DNA from: Fonticula-like sp. SCN 57-25
Lineage: Eukaryota
Assembly: GCA_001724245.1 (NCBI GenBank)
Contig: MEDX01000012.1
Coordinates: 1-55,962 of the forward strand
Length of the DNA stretch: 55,962 nt
Direction of reading: 5' to 3'
The notes beneath the pieces are model-generated. The model was given only the letters and a program-made list of their open reading frames with translations. It did no database searches and was not told where the DNA came from. Shown one piece after another: positions 39,192-50,595 of this stretch (within the stretch, counting starts at the first letter, position 1; every line of letters starts with the position of its first letter). The position numbers were made by a program, and so were the translations under genes.

Positions 39192-42142
39192 CTAGTTCGC
39201 GGTGGCGATGCTGTTTCCGACGGCGACGAGCGTCTCAATCTAAACCAAAAGCCAGTGAGCAAAAGAGAACAAAGAGGGCACTGCACAGCCACGCCTGCGT
39301 ACCTGCTTGCTCGAGTTGTCGAGCAGGTCGGCGTCAAACTTGATCTTGTTCTTTTCAGTGATCATAATGACGGTGGAGCCGCCAAAGGCAAAGTAGCCGA
39401 GCTCGTCCATCCTCGCGATGCGCTTGCCGGGCACGGCGGTGATGTTGATGGAGCCGACCATCATGGCGCCGATGATGACGAGGGCGACCTTTCCGAACGC
39501 CTCGGACTGGATCTCGGTGACGATGCGCTTGTTCTCGGTGTAGACGTTGACGTCGCCCCGGACCGCCATGGGGTTGACGGTGAAGAGATGGTTGCCCGTG
39601 GGCCGCATCTCGCCGAGGACGCCGTCGACGGGGCTGTGAAACCTGTGGTAGTCCTGGGGCGCGAGCCTAAAGATGCACATTGACCCGCCGCTGTAGTGCT
39701 GGGCCATCTCCTTGCTGTCAAAGAGGTGCTCGAGGGAGAACTCGCTGCCCTTGACCCACACGCGCGTCGCCTCGTCGATGGTCGGGAAGACCATGGTGCG
39801 CGCGTCGGCAGCACTGACAAGCACGCGCGGGTCGGGCGACGCGAGCTGCCGCGCCGACGGCTTGAGCTTGCGGTAAAAGAACTCGTTGAACGTCTTGAAG
39901 CTATCGAGCGGGTCCAGGATCTCCTCCGTGTTGAGCTTGTGGAACTTGATAAACGACGGGATCGACTTGGCGCTCGCGGGGTCGTCAAACTTGCGCCCCT
40001 GCTTGACCGACTGCGCGATAAAGATGTCGCGGATCGCCTTCTGGTCGAGGCCCTTGCGCGACGTCGTCTGGTACAGCAGGCGGATGCCGAGGCGAACGTA
40101 GCTCGGCATCTCCTCGTCGTGCAGGCGGCCGTCGCGGCGGTCGCGCACAAGAATGTTGGCGTTACCCTTGGACGCGTCGTACACGCCGCGCGTCATAAAA
40201 TTAACCGCGCGGCCGATCCAGCCCTTGCGCGCGTACGCCTCAGAGATGAGGCCGCCAACGACGAGGCGGTCGACAACTTCGGGCTTGAACGTCGCCGACA
40301 GGGCCAGGTGAACGAGCGCGTCGCGGTCGCCCTTCGGAAGAGGCTTGTTGCTGGAAGGGACACAGCGTCAGAACGGGTAGCGACAGAAGAAGTCGCAAGA
40401 GACGCCAAACACAAAAATGGCACAAAACACGCCAAAGTGGCTCAAAAAAGACACAAAAGACACAAAATGGCCCCAATAAGCACAAGCTCAATGCCCAAAA
40501 ACTGCAACAAGTTCTCTTGCGTACGTCAGCGGGTCGCGCTCGAGGGTGAGCAGCCTGCTGTCCGACTCGTGCGCGATGCTATCGAGGCACTTGGAGAGCT
40601 CATCGAACGTGAGGCACGTCTCCCCCTTCTGACAGAACGACTGGAAGATCGTCTCGGCCTGCTCCTCGCTCAGCGTCGACCCGAGCTCGTCGAGCAGCGT
40701 CGCAAACTCCATCAGGTTAATCGTGCCGTTGCCGTCAGAGTCAAACTGCTCGGCGAGCTTGACAAAGAAGCGACGCTTCAGCTCCTCGTACGGCACAAAC
40801 TTGGTCTGGAAGTGGATGAGCGACGTCTGGCCGCCGTTCTGAGCGCGAAAAGGGGGATGATTTGTGAGTAAAAGTGACGGGCAAAGCGGCAAATGCACGC
40901 ACATCCTTCTTGAGGTCGAGCTTGTACGTCCACTGCTGCTCGGTCTCGTCGAGAACGCTGCTGACCATGATTGAGGCGGAGCCCAAAAAGTCGTTGTTGG
41001 AGAGGCGGTCGTAGTCGTAGACGGAGAAGCGGATGGGGAACTGCTTGTCGCCGGCCATGATGGGCAGCAGGATGCGCTCGTTGAACGTGGGGTTCTGGGA
41101 GTGCTTGATGATGCGCGTCTTGTACGTGTGTGTGCTAAACATCACAATCACAAAGGGATCGCAGTCAAAGGTGAGCGACTTGGGGTTGTCCGACGGCAGG
41201 TTGGTGCAGCGCAGCACGTCGAGCTCGAGCACGCCAATGACAGACTTGATCTCGTCGAGCGACAGCTTGAGGTGGTCCGTGCTCGGGCTCTCGTCCACGA
41301 CCGGGGCCGATGCATCGCTCGCAGTCGCAGAGAACGAGTCGGGGACGTGGCTCATGAGCACAGTGCGGCCGTGTACAACAATGCGGCCGGCGCGGAACTC
41401 GATGTCGCCGTTCTTAGTGCTCGGCTTGCCGTGCTCGTCATTCAGAGGAACCCACTGAGAAAGAAGGGTCAGCAACAAAGTCTGCAAAAATATTTCGAAA
41501 GCAATTAAAGACCAAGATGTGCTGGCACATCGCACGACGGCTATATAGTCACTACAAAATAAAACGCCCTTTCTCGTGAGACGCCACGCACCTTGGCCTT
41601 TTCGGCATCAAAGTTGCCCAACTTTGCGACCTTGATCGACACCTAGCACGAGCGAGCGTCAGTTCTCTCCCCCGCCTCGCCGCAACGCACCTCGCCGAGG
41701 AACTCCTTGCCAACAAAGTCCTTGTCCCACACGCGCAGCCTCAGCTCCGCGGCGTCCATGTGCACCTCGGGGATGGAGCTGACCGCACCACATAAGGCGT
41801 TAGCGACACGTCACTAGAGTGAAAGCCGCGCACAAGTCCATAAAGTAATCCCACTTGGGGTTCAGGTTCTTGAGCACAACGGGCGTCGCCTGCTTTGACA
41901 GAGCCTTTTTATCGCCCGGCACGACGATCTCGCAGCGCGCGTAGGGATCGCTGAGGCCTGTAAAAGGGGCGGAGGAAGGGGTTTAGCACACTGCCGGCAG
42001 CAATCTTCGGACAGGTATTCGCCGTTCCGCATAAATACAACACAGGAAGCAGCAAAAAGCTATATTCAACAGAGACATACGTACCATTCGCATCTTTGGC
42101 GAGGAGATTCCTCGCTCCGACAATGTGGACCCGAATATCCAT
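39192..42142 (-). CDS. PSD2: Phosphatidylserine decarboxylase type 2 (C2-C2-EF-hand-PSD); about 7 introns
   Basis: Two C2 domains (GARNLLAKDANG..SDPY; FDCDPFV..YDYDRLSNNDFLG), EF-hand DSDGNGTINLMEF, FNEFFYRKLK, FRLAPQDYHRFH, GGST self-cleavage motif. Confidence 0.95.
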
Positions 42143-42354
42143 GGCAATCGCAGCACTTGGCTCACTTGCTTACGCTGGGGGGCGACGGGCGAAGTCAGGC
42201 ACACAACTGACCAATGGCGTCGCTGGAATCCGTCCAAATATGTGGTCGGAGGCAGTCGGGCCATTGGCTGGCTGCGGATTGCTGAGAGAAGTCGGCCAAT
42301 GGTGGCAAAGGACAGGGCGCGCAGGCGGTGATGAAGTACTGCATGGTTTGGGCA

Positions 42355-42423
42355 GCATGCTGTATGGAGGATAGCATGCAGTAGCAAACAGCACGCTGAA
42401 AGGCATGCTGTAGGGAGGATGGC
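42355..42423. repeat. 21-bp imperfect direct repeat upstream of PSD2
   Basis: GCATGCTGTA(T/G)GGAGGAT(A/G)GC at 42355-42375 and 42403-42423. Confidence 0.7.
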
Positions 42424-42664
42424 TGGGTATTACTGTAGCTGACACTATCGGGCACGACGAGCGTTCTCGCGCGGATCACTGCCGCAGGGCGACTGCTGGC
42501 AACACAAATACGCAATACATATATGTATCATAATGGTTAAACTACACAAAAAATGATAAAACCCTCACTTATAATCAGATATACGGTTTATTTCTGTCAC
42601 AATGCTTTGGTTTTCTTTTTACTTTAACAATGATGCCCACTCGAATTCGCCGCATACCGGCCAT

Positions 42665-43306
42665 CTAATAGTTCTTGTCGGCAATATAAAGGCCTTCCAT
42701 TGCCATCCAGATCGCGTTGGCGTCCCTGGGCTTTGCGTGCACCTCGAGCTGACCGGGAATCGGGTTCGAGTACCTGAACCGCGCATCAATGGCCAAGTAC
42801 AGCCCGGTATCCTTGTGCTTTAGGCGCACGCCCTTCTCGCGCGTCCAGTGCGTGTCTGCCGTGTCGATGCACTCGACAATCCAGTTATCGCCGTCGTCGC
42901 TGTTGTACCAGTCGCCATAGCACGACACCTCCTGCTTGCCGGAGAGCGGCGCGACATGGCGGTGCGAATGGAGCAGACGGCCCGTCAATTGGTGGCGGAG
43001 GCGGACAACAGAATTGCACTTGATCGGAACGCCGCGCTCGCACGTCGGGTTCCCGTGGCCGCCGTCCACAGCAAAGTAGCTATTGGGGTCATTGTTCTCC
43101 GGGAAGCCCGTCACGGACTGCTGCCCGCTGCCCGTCCCGTACGGGATCTCGTGCGAGTGAAGCTTTGCACCGGTCGCCTTGTGCGTGAGCTTCAAAGCGC
43201 TGCCGCACGTCACGTAGAGAAACTCCTCGTCCACCTCGGCGGACACTGCGAGAAGCAGCGCCGCCAGCAACAGGGCGCCCGTCGCCCGCGCCATCACCTT
43301 CGCCAT
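42665..43306 (-). CDS. SDF2: Stromal cell-derived factor 2-like (three MIR motifs), intronless
   Basis: Signal peptide; VTCGSALKL, LHSHEIPYGTGSGQQSVTG, LHSHRHVAPLSGKQEVSCYG, WMAMEGLY. Confidence 0.95.
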   Translation of the reverse strand: MAKVMARATGALLLAALLLAVSAEVDEEFLYVTCGSALKLTHKATGAKLHSHEIPYGTGSGQQSVTGFPENNDPNSYFAVDGGHGNPTCERGVPIKCNSVVRLRHQLTGRLLHSHRHVAPLSGKQEVSCYGDWYNSDDGDNWIVECIDTADTHWTREKGVRLKHKDTGLYLAIDARFRYSNPIPGQLEVHAKPRDANAIWMAMEGLYIADKNY

Positions 43307-43504
43307 CGCACAGAACCGGCAACAATGATGATGGTCACAGGCTTGCCACAGCCGTGTCGGCATCCACGTCGCAGTACTGCCACGTCACGTGCCGAGATAT
43401 GAGCTCATTTTTTGTGATAAGGCGACGCTCTTCTCAACGTGTCCTGCGTCACTCGACTTGGACGCCCCCCCTCTTTGCGACGATCCCACGCTGCCCAAAT
43501 CGCC

Positions 43505-44052
43505 ATGCTGAGTGTTAAGCTTGTTCGCGCCGGTGCCTCGTCGCCCGCCTCGCGCTCTCTCCTTGCGAGCACCTCTGGCTCCCTTCGCCACTACCACGAA
43601 AAGGTCATTGACCACTACGAGAAGCCTCGCAACGTTGGCTCGTTTGCCAAGGGCGCGAGCGACGTCGGCACGGGCCTCGTGGGCGCGCCCGCCTGCGGCG
43701 ACGTCATGCGCCTCCAGATCAAGGTTGACAAGGGCGGCAAGATTGTTGATGCGCGCTTCAAGACGTTTGGGTGCGGGTCGGCCATCGCCAGCTCGTCGTT
43801 GGCCACCGAGTGGATTATTGGAAAGACCCTCGACGAGGCTGGGACCATTAAGAACACGGATATTGCTAGGGAGCTCTCGTTGCCGCCCGTGAAGCTTCAC
43901 TGCTCAAGTGCGTATTTTGCCGCTCTCTTTTTGCCGCGAATTTGGGGTGGCTAAACCTTGTAATAGTGCTAGCCGAGGACGCGATCAAGAAGGCGATCGC
44001 CGACTTTAAGACGCGCAGCGTGGCCAAGACGGCGCAGGTCGCCACTGCGTAA
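43505..44052 (+). CDS. ISCU: Mitochondrial Fe-S cluster scaffold IscU/Isu1; 1 intron
   Basis: YHEKVIDHYEKPRNVG, GAPACGDVM, FGCGSAIASSS, LPPVKLHCS|MLAEDAIK across an intron at about 43908-43966. Confidence 0.97.
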
Positions 44053-44497
44053 GTGTATGCTCAGTTTTAGAAAGGTAGGGAGGCGTAGTGTACGATTAGC
44101 AGGCTCGGGCAATATTGGCCTCATTGGGCATGCGCCAGTCAAGTGTAAATAAAGCAGCCCTTTAATATTCACATGTGGACAGTATATTGGAACATAGCTG
44201 TGCATATTTCTTTGCTACAACTGCGGCGAAAGCGACACCCATATGAGTCCATTTGCGCTTGAGTACCTGCGAACACCAGGACGCGATTGTAATCTACAAC
44301 CACAGTCTCAATACTGTAGCACTCTAGGAAAGCACCCTTTCTGTGCAACATAGCAGCATATTTGTTGCAAATAGTCTCTATTCCACAGACGCTGTGAAAC
44401 ATAGGATAGCGGTGGACCGCCTACCCGCGCGACTGCTCCTGACTACTCCTTGGCATCCTGTTCTGATTCAGTTTGCAGATTGCATCGCTCACTGACG

Positions 44498-45928
44498 ATG
44501 GCGGCGGCACACACTGAGCTGTACGATCTCTTGGGCGTCGCGCCTTCGGCGACGCCGCAAGAGATCAAAAAGGCTTACTACAAGTTGTCCCTTCGCTGGC
44601 ATCCCGACAAGAACCCCGGCGATGCGGAAGCCGAGGAGCAGTTTAAAAAGATCAGCCTCGCTTACCAGGTCCTCTCTGACGAAGAGCGTCGCAAGCGCTA
44701 TGACGAGGTCGGCGAGGATAACGAGCCGTCAGACTTTAACGCGCAAGAGTTCTTTAACCAGATGTTTGGCGGCGGTCGCTTCGAGGTGCGCCTGCTCATA
44801 TGCCCTCGCTTCTATGGCCACTGACGTGCGCGCAGTCGTTCGTTGGGTTACTTGGCGGCGTCCTCGACGTGGCCGAGATGACGCCGGAAGATGCAAAGGA
44901 AGTGAGGGATCACAGGGTGGGCAAGCTCTACTCGCAGCTGGTCGTGCGCCTGCAGCCATTCGTAGACGGTACGAGGCGCGGTCGGGAGAATGGCGCGGGA
45001 TGCCATTGGCTCACTTTGATGTCGCAGGCCACAAGGACCAGTTCATGCAGAACCTAGAGACAGAGTTGATCGAGCTCGTCCAAGAAAGTTACGGGCCCGA
45101 AATTGTAAACGCCCTTGGGTATATTTACGCACAAAAGGCTCGGCAAGCGCTTGGCGCCAAGTCGGTACGATAAATTTGCGCAATGTAGCTTGGTTTGCTG
45201 CTTTTTGCATAGTACCAGTGCAAAGTGTAGCGCTTTTCTGCGGCTTTAATTACTGGCTTTGGTTATCTTTGTATTTCAATGTTTTTTTTTGTTTATTATA
45301 GTGGAATGTTTTTTCTCTTGCTTTACATTGCGACATATTTATGTCTTCTTTTCGCTTACGGCGCTCATTTTGATACATTCATCGCTTTTCCGCGCTCTTC
45401 CTCCCTTCCATTTCATATTTTTCCTTCATTATCTTACTCTACTTTTAGGTACTTGGCTGGAAGCGCTTCTACCACAACACGCGCGAAAACTTCCACATGG
45501 TCCACGAGACTGTCGGCTTTATCCGCGCGACGGTCGCGATGCAGCAGAGCGCGCAAAACTACGAGCGCGTTCAGCAGGCTGCCCCCGACGACACGGTGCT
45601 CAAGTCGCAGCTTGAGCAGGACATTGCCAAGCGGAGTGTCTCGCTCTTCTGGCGCATGAACAAGCTCGACATTGAGTCGACGGTGCGCGAGGTGTGCGAG
45701 CTCGTGCTGGAGGACGCCGGCGTGCTCGCGGCCGACAGGCACAAGCGCGCCGAGGCAATGCTCGCCATGGGGAATCTCTTTTTGAAAATCAAGCCGGACG
45801 GGTCGGGCGCGCCCTTTGTCGTCCAGGAGGTGCCGCAGGCGCTGCACACCGACTCGCACCAGGCGCCGCAGACGCAGCAGGAGACGCCGCCAGAGCTGCC
45901 GCCAAGACCTAGCGGGTCGGCACAATAA
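44498..45928 (+). CDS. J-domain protein with DnaJ-X domain (Caj1/Djp1/ATJ10-like); 3 introns
   Basis: J domain with [47 protein letters not shown]. Confidence 0.88.
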
Positions 45929-46241
45929 AGTTTTGCCTGTAGTGTTGGATATAATGGATTTCGCGGAAGACGGCATGCTAGTTTCATGGTTGGACGAGCT
46001 CCTCCAGCTGGCTTGAAAGTTGGGTGGGAACACAAAAAGAGCAAAAAAGTTTGTGTGTGGTGCTGCTCAAGACGAGTTAACATATATTTACACTCAATGT
46101 TGAGCATGTAAAAGAGTCGATGCATGTGGTCAAGACAACGCACTGCCATTATTATGCATGCTTGTTTACTAAAATAAGCGGGGCGCCGAGCTCAAACGGG
46201 GCGTTTCCCGCCACACCCCTGACTTTATCCACGTGGCCATC

Positions 46242-46853
46242 ATGTTACCCCAGCATCAGGCCGCGGTGCACCATGGCGCGGCTCTCATCACGGCGTTCGC
46301 AGACGCTGCACTTGTGCTATTGTTTGCGGGTCTCCAGGAGCACGACTACCCCGACCCGAAGCTGCCGAACTGGTGGGAGGCGAACGTGCTCAACTACACG
46401 TTCACGACGAGTGTGTTTGACATTGCGATCCTGACTCTGATCCGCGTCTTCCTCTTTATCTGTTTCTCGCTCTCTGTGCGCTACCTTGGCCACCCGACGC
46501 TTCTTCTCGGCTTTCTCCTCTTTTCAAGCAGCTTTTCGCTTACCAAGGCGGCGGTCATGACACGGCTGCACGGCGTCGGATGGGCATCCCTCGCGGTCGC
46601 CTACGTCAGCTCCGCCATGTCGCTCGTCGAGATCGCCCTCCTGATGATGCGGAGGAGCGCCGAAGCCAAGGCGGAGGAGGAGGGCCTGCTGGCGGGGGGG
46701 CACTCGGGGATGTTTGAGGACGGCGACGGCGCGGAAAAGCAGCCGGTCAGCGGATCGCGCGCTTTTTACACGGGGAGCAGAACAGAATCGTCGTTCGGGG
46801 GGAGCAGCACCGCAAACCAAAGCGGGGGGCATATTAATATTAACGCGGATTGA
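46242..46853 (+). CDS. MENTAL-domain four-TM late endosome protein (STARD3NL/MENTHO-like), intronless
   Basis: Four TM helices; NYTFTTSVFDIAILTLIRV resembles the MENTAL YxFxxSxFDIxLLAxxRF motif; EEEGLL dileucine signal; no START domain. Confidence 0.6.
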   Translation: MLPQHQAAVHHGAALITAFADAALVLLFAGLQEHDYPDPKLPNWWEANVLNYTFTTSVFDIAILTLIRVFLFICFSLSVRYLGHPTLLLGFLLFSSSFSLTKAAVMTRLHGVGWASLAVAYVSSAMSLVEIALLMMRRSAEAKAEEEGLLAGGHSGMFEDGDGAEKQPVSGSRAFYTGSRTESSFGGSSTANQSGGHININAD

Positions 46854-47156
46854 CCGGGAATAGAAAGGGTGTGAAGTGAACGCGCGGAATGAATAGGAAA
46901 TCTGTATCAAAACAGCATCATTTCTCGGATCCCACTGGAAATTTGCGCCTTTTGTCATGTGCATATAGTATGCCATGCTGCAACTGTGTGTACCGCTATC
47001 GTACTGGTCGCTACGTTCGATGTGTTTGATAGAATAGATCAATATATTGCATATATAACTATTGCGTTGGGGAATGGGTGCCGTGTCCGCACTGACTACA
47101 GAAAAAGTACAATCAAATCGAGGATCGATCAGAGGGAAGAGACCGGATCGCACACA

Positions 47157-47463
47157 TTACTCCCTAAAACATATCATAATTAGATAGAAAAATGGAAAGG
47201 GAGTGTGCGTACATGAAAGGCTTCGGGTTGTCCTGCTGGATGCGGGCGGGGCGCTTGTGGCCATCCTCAAGGTACTTGGTCTCGGACCTGCGGACCTGCA
47301 TGAGAAAGACGATCGGGAAAGAGAACGGAAATGTACGCACTTGTTCTTCTTCTGAGTGCTCGACGGAGTCAGAAAGTACTTTTGGCAGTGAATAGTTAAA
47401 AAACAAGCGAGACATTAACGCGATCCGAACCTGATAGCGAGGCGACTGGACGCTGTACAACAT
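47157..47463 (-). CDS. Predicted 50-aa microprotein, 4 exons
   Basis: Exons 47463-47431, 47378-47341, 47287-47213, 47163-47157 with GT..AG introns of 52, 53 and 49 nt. Translation MLYSVQSPRYQYFLTPSSTQKKNKSETKYLEDGHKRPARIQQDNPKPFME; GCCATG start context. Confidence 0.65.
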
Positions 47464-48013
47464 GGCGATGCGGCCCGCGTGCGACGGTGTGGTCACGTGA
47501 TTTGATATAACGATTACGTCATGCATGGAGCTTTTGAGGGAGAGGAAAGGTACGAAAGGAAAGAAAACCGCACAGCAACCAAGGATAAGTTTTCGTGCTT
47601 GTTATGAGTATCAGAGAAGCAACAGACTGTTGCGTCATTGATTTGGAATGATTATCGCGTGCTACACAGACCTTAAATTGCCGGCACGATGAGGTATGCA
47701 GCCATGATCGCAAGGGGACATTTCTTGGAGAATACGGAGTAGAGGATGGTGCATACATGTATGCGTGCTGGTAGAGTACCGCGTACCTTGCCGCTTGCCG
47801 CTTGCAACGTGCCAGCCCTTTCCCCTTTCATAAACACTTCACGGAAGGGTACGCCTCGATTCTGATTGGTCCACCTGTCGTGAGAGCCATCCCATTGGCC
47901 TATTCGCGAGGAACTCTCACCCCATTGGCCCGCCCGCGTACCCAGGGCGGCCCCTCTTTTGGTTGCCTCTGCCTGTGCGTGTTGTCTGCACCGCCGCTCG
48001 TACCTGTAGCGCC

Positions 48014-48673
48014 ATGGACGTTGTGTCGAGCAGCGCGCGCCGCCTTCACCTTGCGCTCCCGGTTTCCCTTTGGTCATACCCTCTTTCGCTATTCATTCTC
48101 AGCTGGATATACTTGGCATGGCATTGGTGGCTCGGCTGGACCGCTTTGCTGATTGTGGTCATTTCGTGCACTCTGCTTGCACTTGACGTGATTCCCGAGC
48201 GCTACGACGTCATCATCGACAAGGACAATGGGACGCTGACGGTGCTCCGCAGCGGCGTTCCACTGGTGAGGAAAAGTCATCAGATCGTCATTGACACTGA
48301 CGACATTGAGGACATTGTGAATGATCGGGCCAATGTGCGGCATTCGTTGACGGCGTTCTGCTACCGCATCCTGATCGACTGCGCCTCGGGGCCGCAGGTT
48401 GTTGTCAACACGGAGGCGACAAAGACAGATTTGGAGGCGAGCGCACGGGCGATGCGCGAATTCATCGGGATCGAGCATGAGGTCGAGGAGCGAGATGGCG
48501 GGAACGGGACGGCGCTAGAGGATGGCGAGACGGAAGAGAAGACGGTCGGCGCTGGCAATACTGACGACGACGAATACGACCTTTTAGACGATATTGATGA
48601 GGGGAACGCCGACGGGGAGAACGCAGTCGACGGGGAGAACGCAGTCGACGGCGAGACAAAGAAGACGCAGTGA
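48014..48673 (+). CDS. EROS / cytochrome b-245 chaperone 1 (C17orf62)-like membrane protein, intronless
   Basis: RRLHL, two TM helices with LGW, IIDKDNGTLTV, HQIVIDTDDIEDI, VRH..YRILIDCASG match in order the recalled human CYBC1 segments (SRLHL, LGWKL, IFDKSTGKVVL, HDQVVVLLHDVRDV, VRY..YMVVLRLATG). Acidic tail. Confidence 0.65.
   Translation: MDVVSSSARRLHLALPVSLWSYPLSLFILSWIYLAWHWWLGWTALLIVVISCTLLALDVIPERYDVIIDKDNGTLTVLRSGVPLVRKSHQIVIDTDDIEDIVNDRANVRHSLTAFCYRILIDCASGPQVVVNTEATKTDLEASARAMREFIGIEHEVEERDGGNGTALEDGETEEKTVGAGNTDDDEYDLLDDIDEGNADGENAVDGENAVDGETKKTQ
48604..48657 (+). repeat. 18-nt coding tandem repeat (DGENAV)
   Basis: GACGGGGAGAACGCAGTC twice plus partial flanking copies. Confidence 0.85.
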
Positions 48674-49046
48674 GAGTGATACTAGGGAGGGATTTAGCTG
48701 GAAGGCGCTTGCTGCTGCACACTGTACATGGGCACTTTCATTACGATATTTTGAATGCACCAATGTACTCTGTTCTGTTACGATGCATACGCTGTGTGTT
48801 TTAACGCAAACTTGCTTTCCATGACGCATATTTATTGCGGCGCTTGCCAAAGCCTCCCCAAAGGTCATTTGTCAAAGAGGATGCCGCGGACGCGCGCCAA
48901 TTGTCAGTCCAAAATGATACCTAAAATCTATCAAAAACCACCACTGACATTCATAAAATTACAAAAAAAATATTCATTCGCTACCAAATTTACTCTCATT
49001 CGCTATCTAATTCACTTCCAACACTTCCCAGCTCAAGGGTCTCTTT

Positions 49047-50537
49047 TCAGCACCCCATCTTGCAGCACCCTCCGATACACTGCTTGTTGAACGCGGCGAG
49101 TGTCGCCGCCTGCCTCCTGAGCTGCGCGATTTCGACAGCGAGCGCGTCACCCATGACCTCCGCCGCGACCGCCCTGTCGAGCCTCTCGAGGGCCGCGCTC
49201 CCCGGTAGGCGCAGGTGCTTTGCCCCAGCGAGAAGCGCCGCTGTAAATAGCGCGACTGCCTCGCCGTTCTGCGGCGTCTCGCCGCCGAGGCACTGCGCGA
49301 CGACGCGCGCAAGCGGCCGCGCGGCGAGCTCCTTTGTGAGCGTCACGTCACGTGCAGCCTTCAGTGCGAGCGCGTCGGCAGTCGCTCCTACGTCGAGCGA
49401 GCGCCACTCAATAGGCGGCACGCCGCTAAAGTGCGACACAAAGGCGCCTACAATGTCCAATGGCGACGCGTCCTGCGGCAGCGCTGTGGCCGCCAGCGCG
49501 TCGGCAGCCGCCTGAAACGCCACGGCGTCGAGTGTTGGCCGCAGCGCGGACGCGTGCGCCGGCGCATCCGTGTTGCGCCGCAGCAGAATGAAGCCGCGCG
49601 GGCGACCGGTGACGCTGTCCAGCGGCTGCATCGCAGAGAAGAGCTCACCGACGGTCACCCAGTGCGGAGGGTACTTGAAGCGCGCAACGTCGAGTAGCAG
49701 CACGCGCGACGAGGCGGGGTCAAAGCCGCCAATAGGAGAAAAGTGGCCGGAGCCAGTCTGGCCAAGCGACGAGCGGTCGTACGACGCTACGAGGACAGTG
49801 TCGCGGGAGGAGCACGCGCTCAGAAGCTTAGAGTGGAGAACGTCTTCTGTGCTGAGGAGGCGTCAGCAAAGGTTGGAAAAAGAAGAAAGGGGTACGAAAA
49901 CACAAAAAACAAGACAAAATGGCCAAGTGCGCACGTTGTGTCTGCGGCGAACGCCTCGACGAGCAGCCCGTTGCACTCTGCGAGGCACACAAACTCGTCA
50001 AACGTGATGCCTTCCTGGATCACCCTCTATCGATCGCAGCGATCAGCAACCTTCCGCACGCTCCGTCACGCGTCAAATATCGCGCAATGCGCACCTCAAG
50101 CGGCGCGCAGCAATCGAGCATCTCCTCCGAGTACCACCGCCAGACGCCCTTCCACTTGCGCCCGGGATCGACCTCGAGCGTGTTAAGCACCATCGCCAGG
50201 CATGCCAGCCCGCAGTACGACGGCTCCTGCTGGGTCACAAAGTTTGCCGCCAGGCTGTAGTACGTCTCCATGTATTCCGTCTGCGCGGCCCAACGCGCGT
50301 TAGAAACGCATAAGGACGCGAGATCGAACACAAACGGGTGCATTGCCGGGCATCGCGACGCACCTGTACGGCGCGGCGAAAGATGGCCCGGCCCTCATCG
50401 CTCTGGAAAGCAATCATATTGGGTTTGAGAGGGCGGCGGTAAAAGGTGACCGGTTGGGGAGGTGCGGCCGCGGCGGCGGCATTGGAGGCGTCCGCGTCCT
50501 GCGCGGCGCCCGGGACCACTGGCTCGGTCGCAGACAT
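49047..50537 (-). CDS. PCS: Phytochelatin synthase; 3 introns
   Basis: [16 protein letters not shown] (Cys), [24 protein letters not shown] (His), [12 protein letters not shown] (Asp); Cys-rich C-terminus. Confidence 0.96.
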
Positions 50538-50595
50538 GGCTTGACCGCGTAAAGAAGCTCACGTGATTTCCGAGTCACGTGATTCGCTTGTATCG
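50538..50595. promoter_or_regulatory. 58-bp bidirectional promoter with duplicated E-box
   Basis: TCACGTGATT at 50559-50568 and 50575-50584, between the divergent ATGs of PCS and the PCIF1-like gene. Confidence 0.6.

Noticed and set aside
45165-45448. Longest intron (DnaJ gene) as a possible snoRNA host, and the hydrophobic ORF 45259-45615
   Set aside because: T-rich low-complexity sequence; no convincing C/D or H/ACA layout beyond a 9-bp inverted repeat; flanking exons join in frame without it.
47164-47526. 120-aa minus-strand ORF in the ORF track
   Set aside because: It reads through T-rich intron-like segments with clear GT/AG signals; the spliced 50-aa model fits better.
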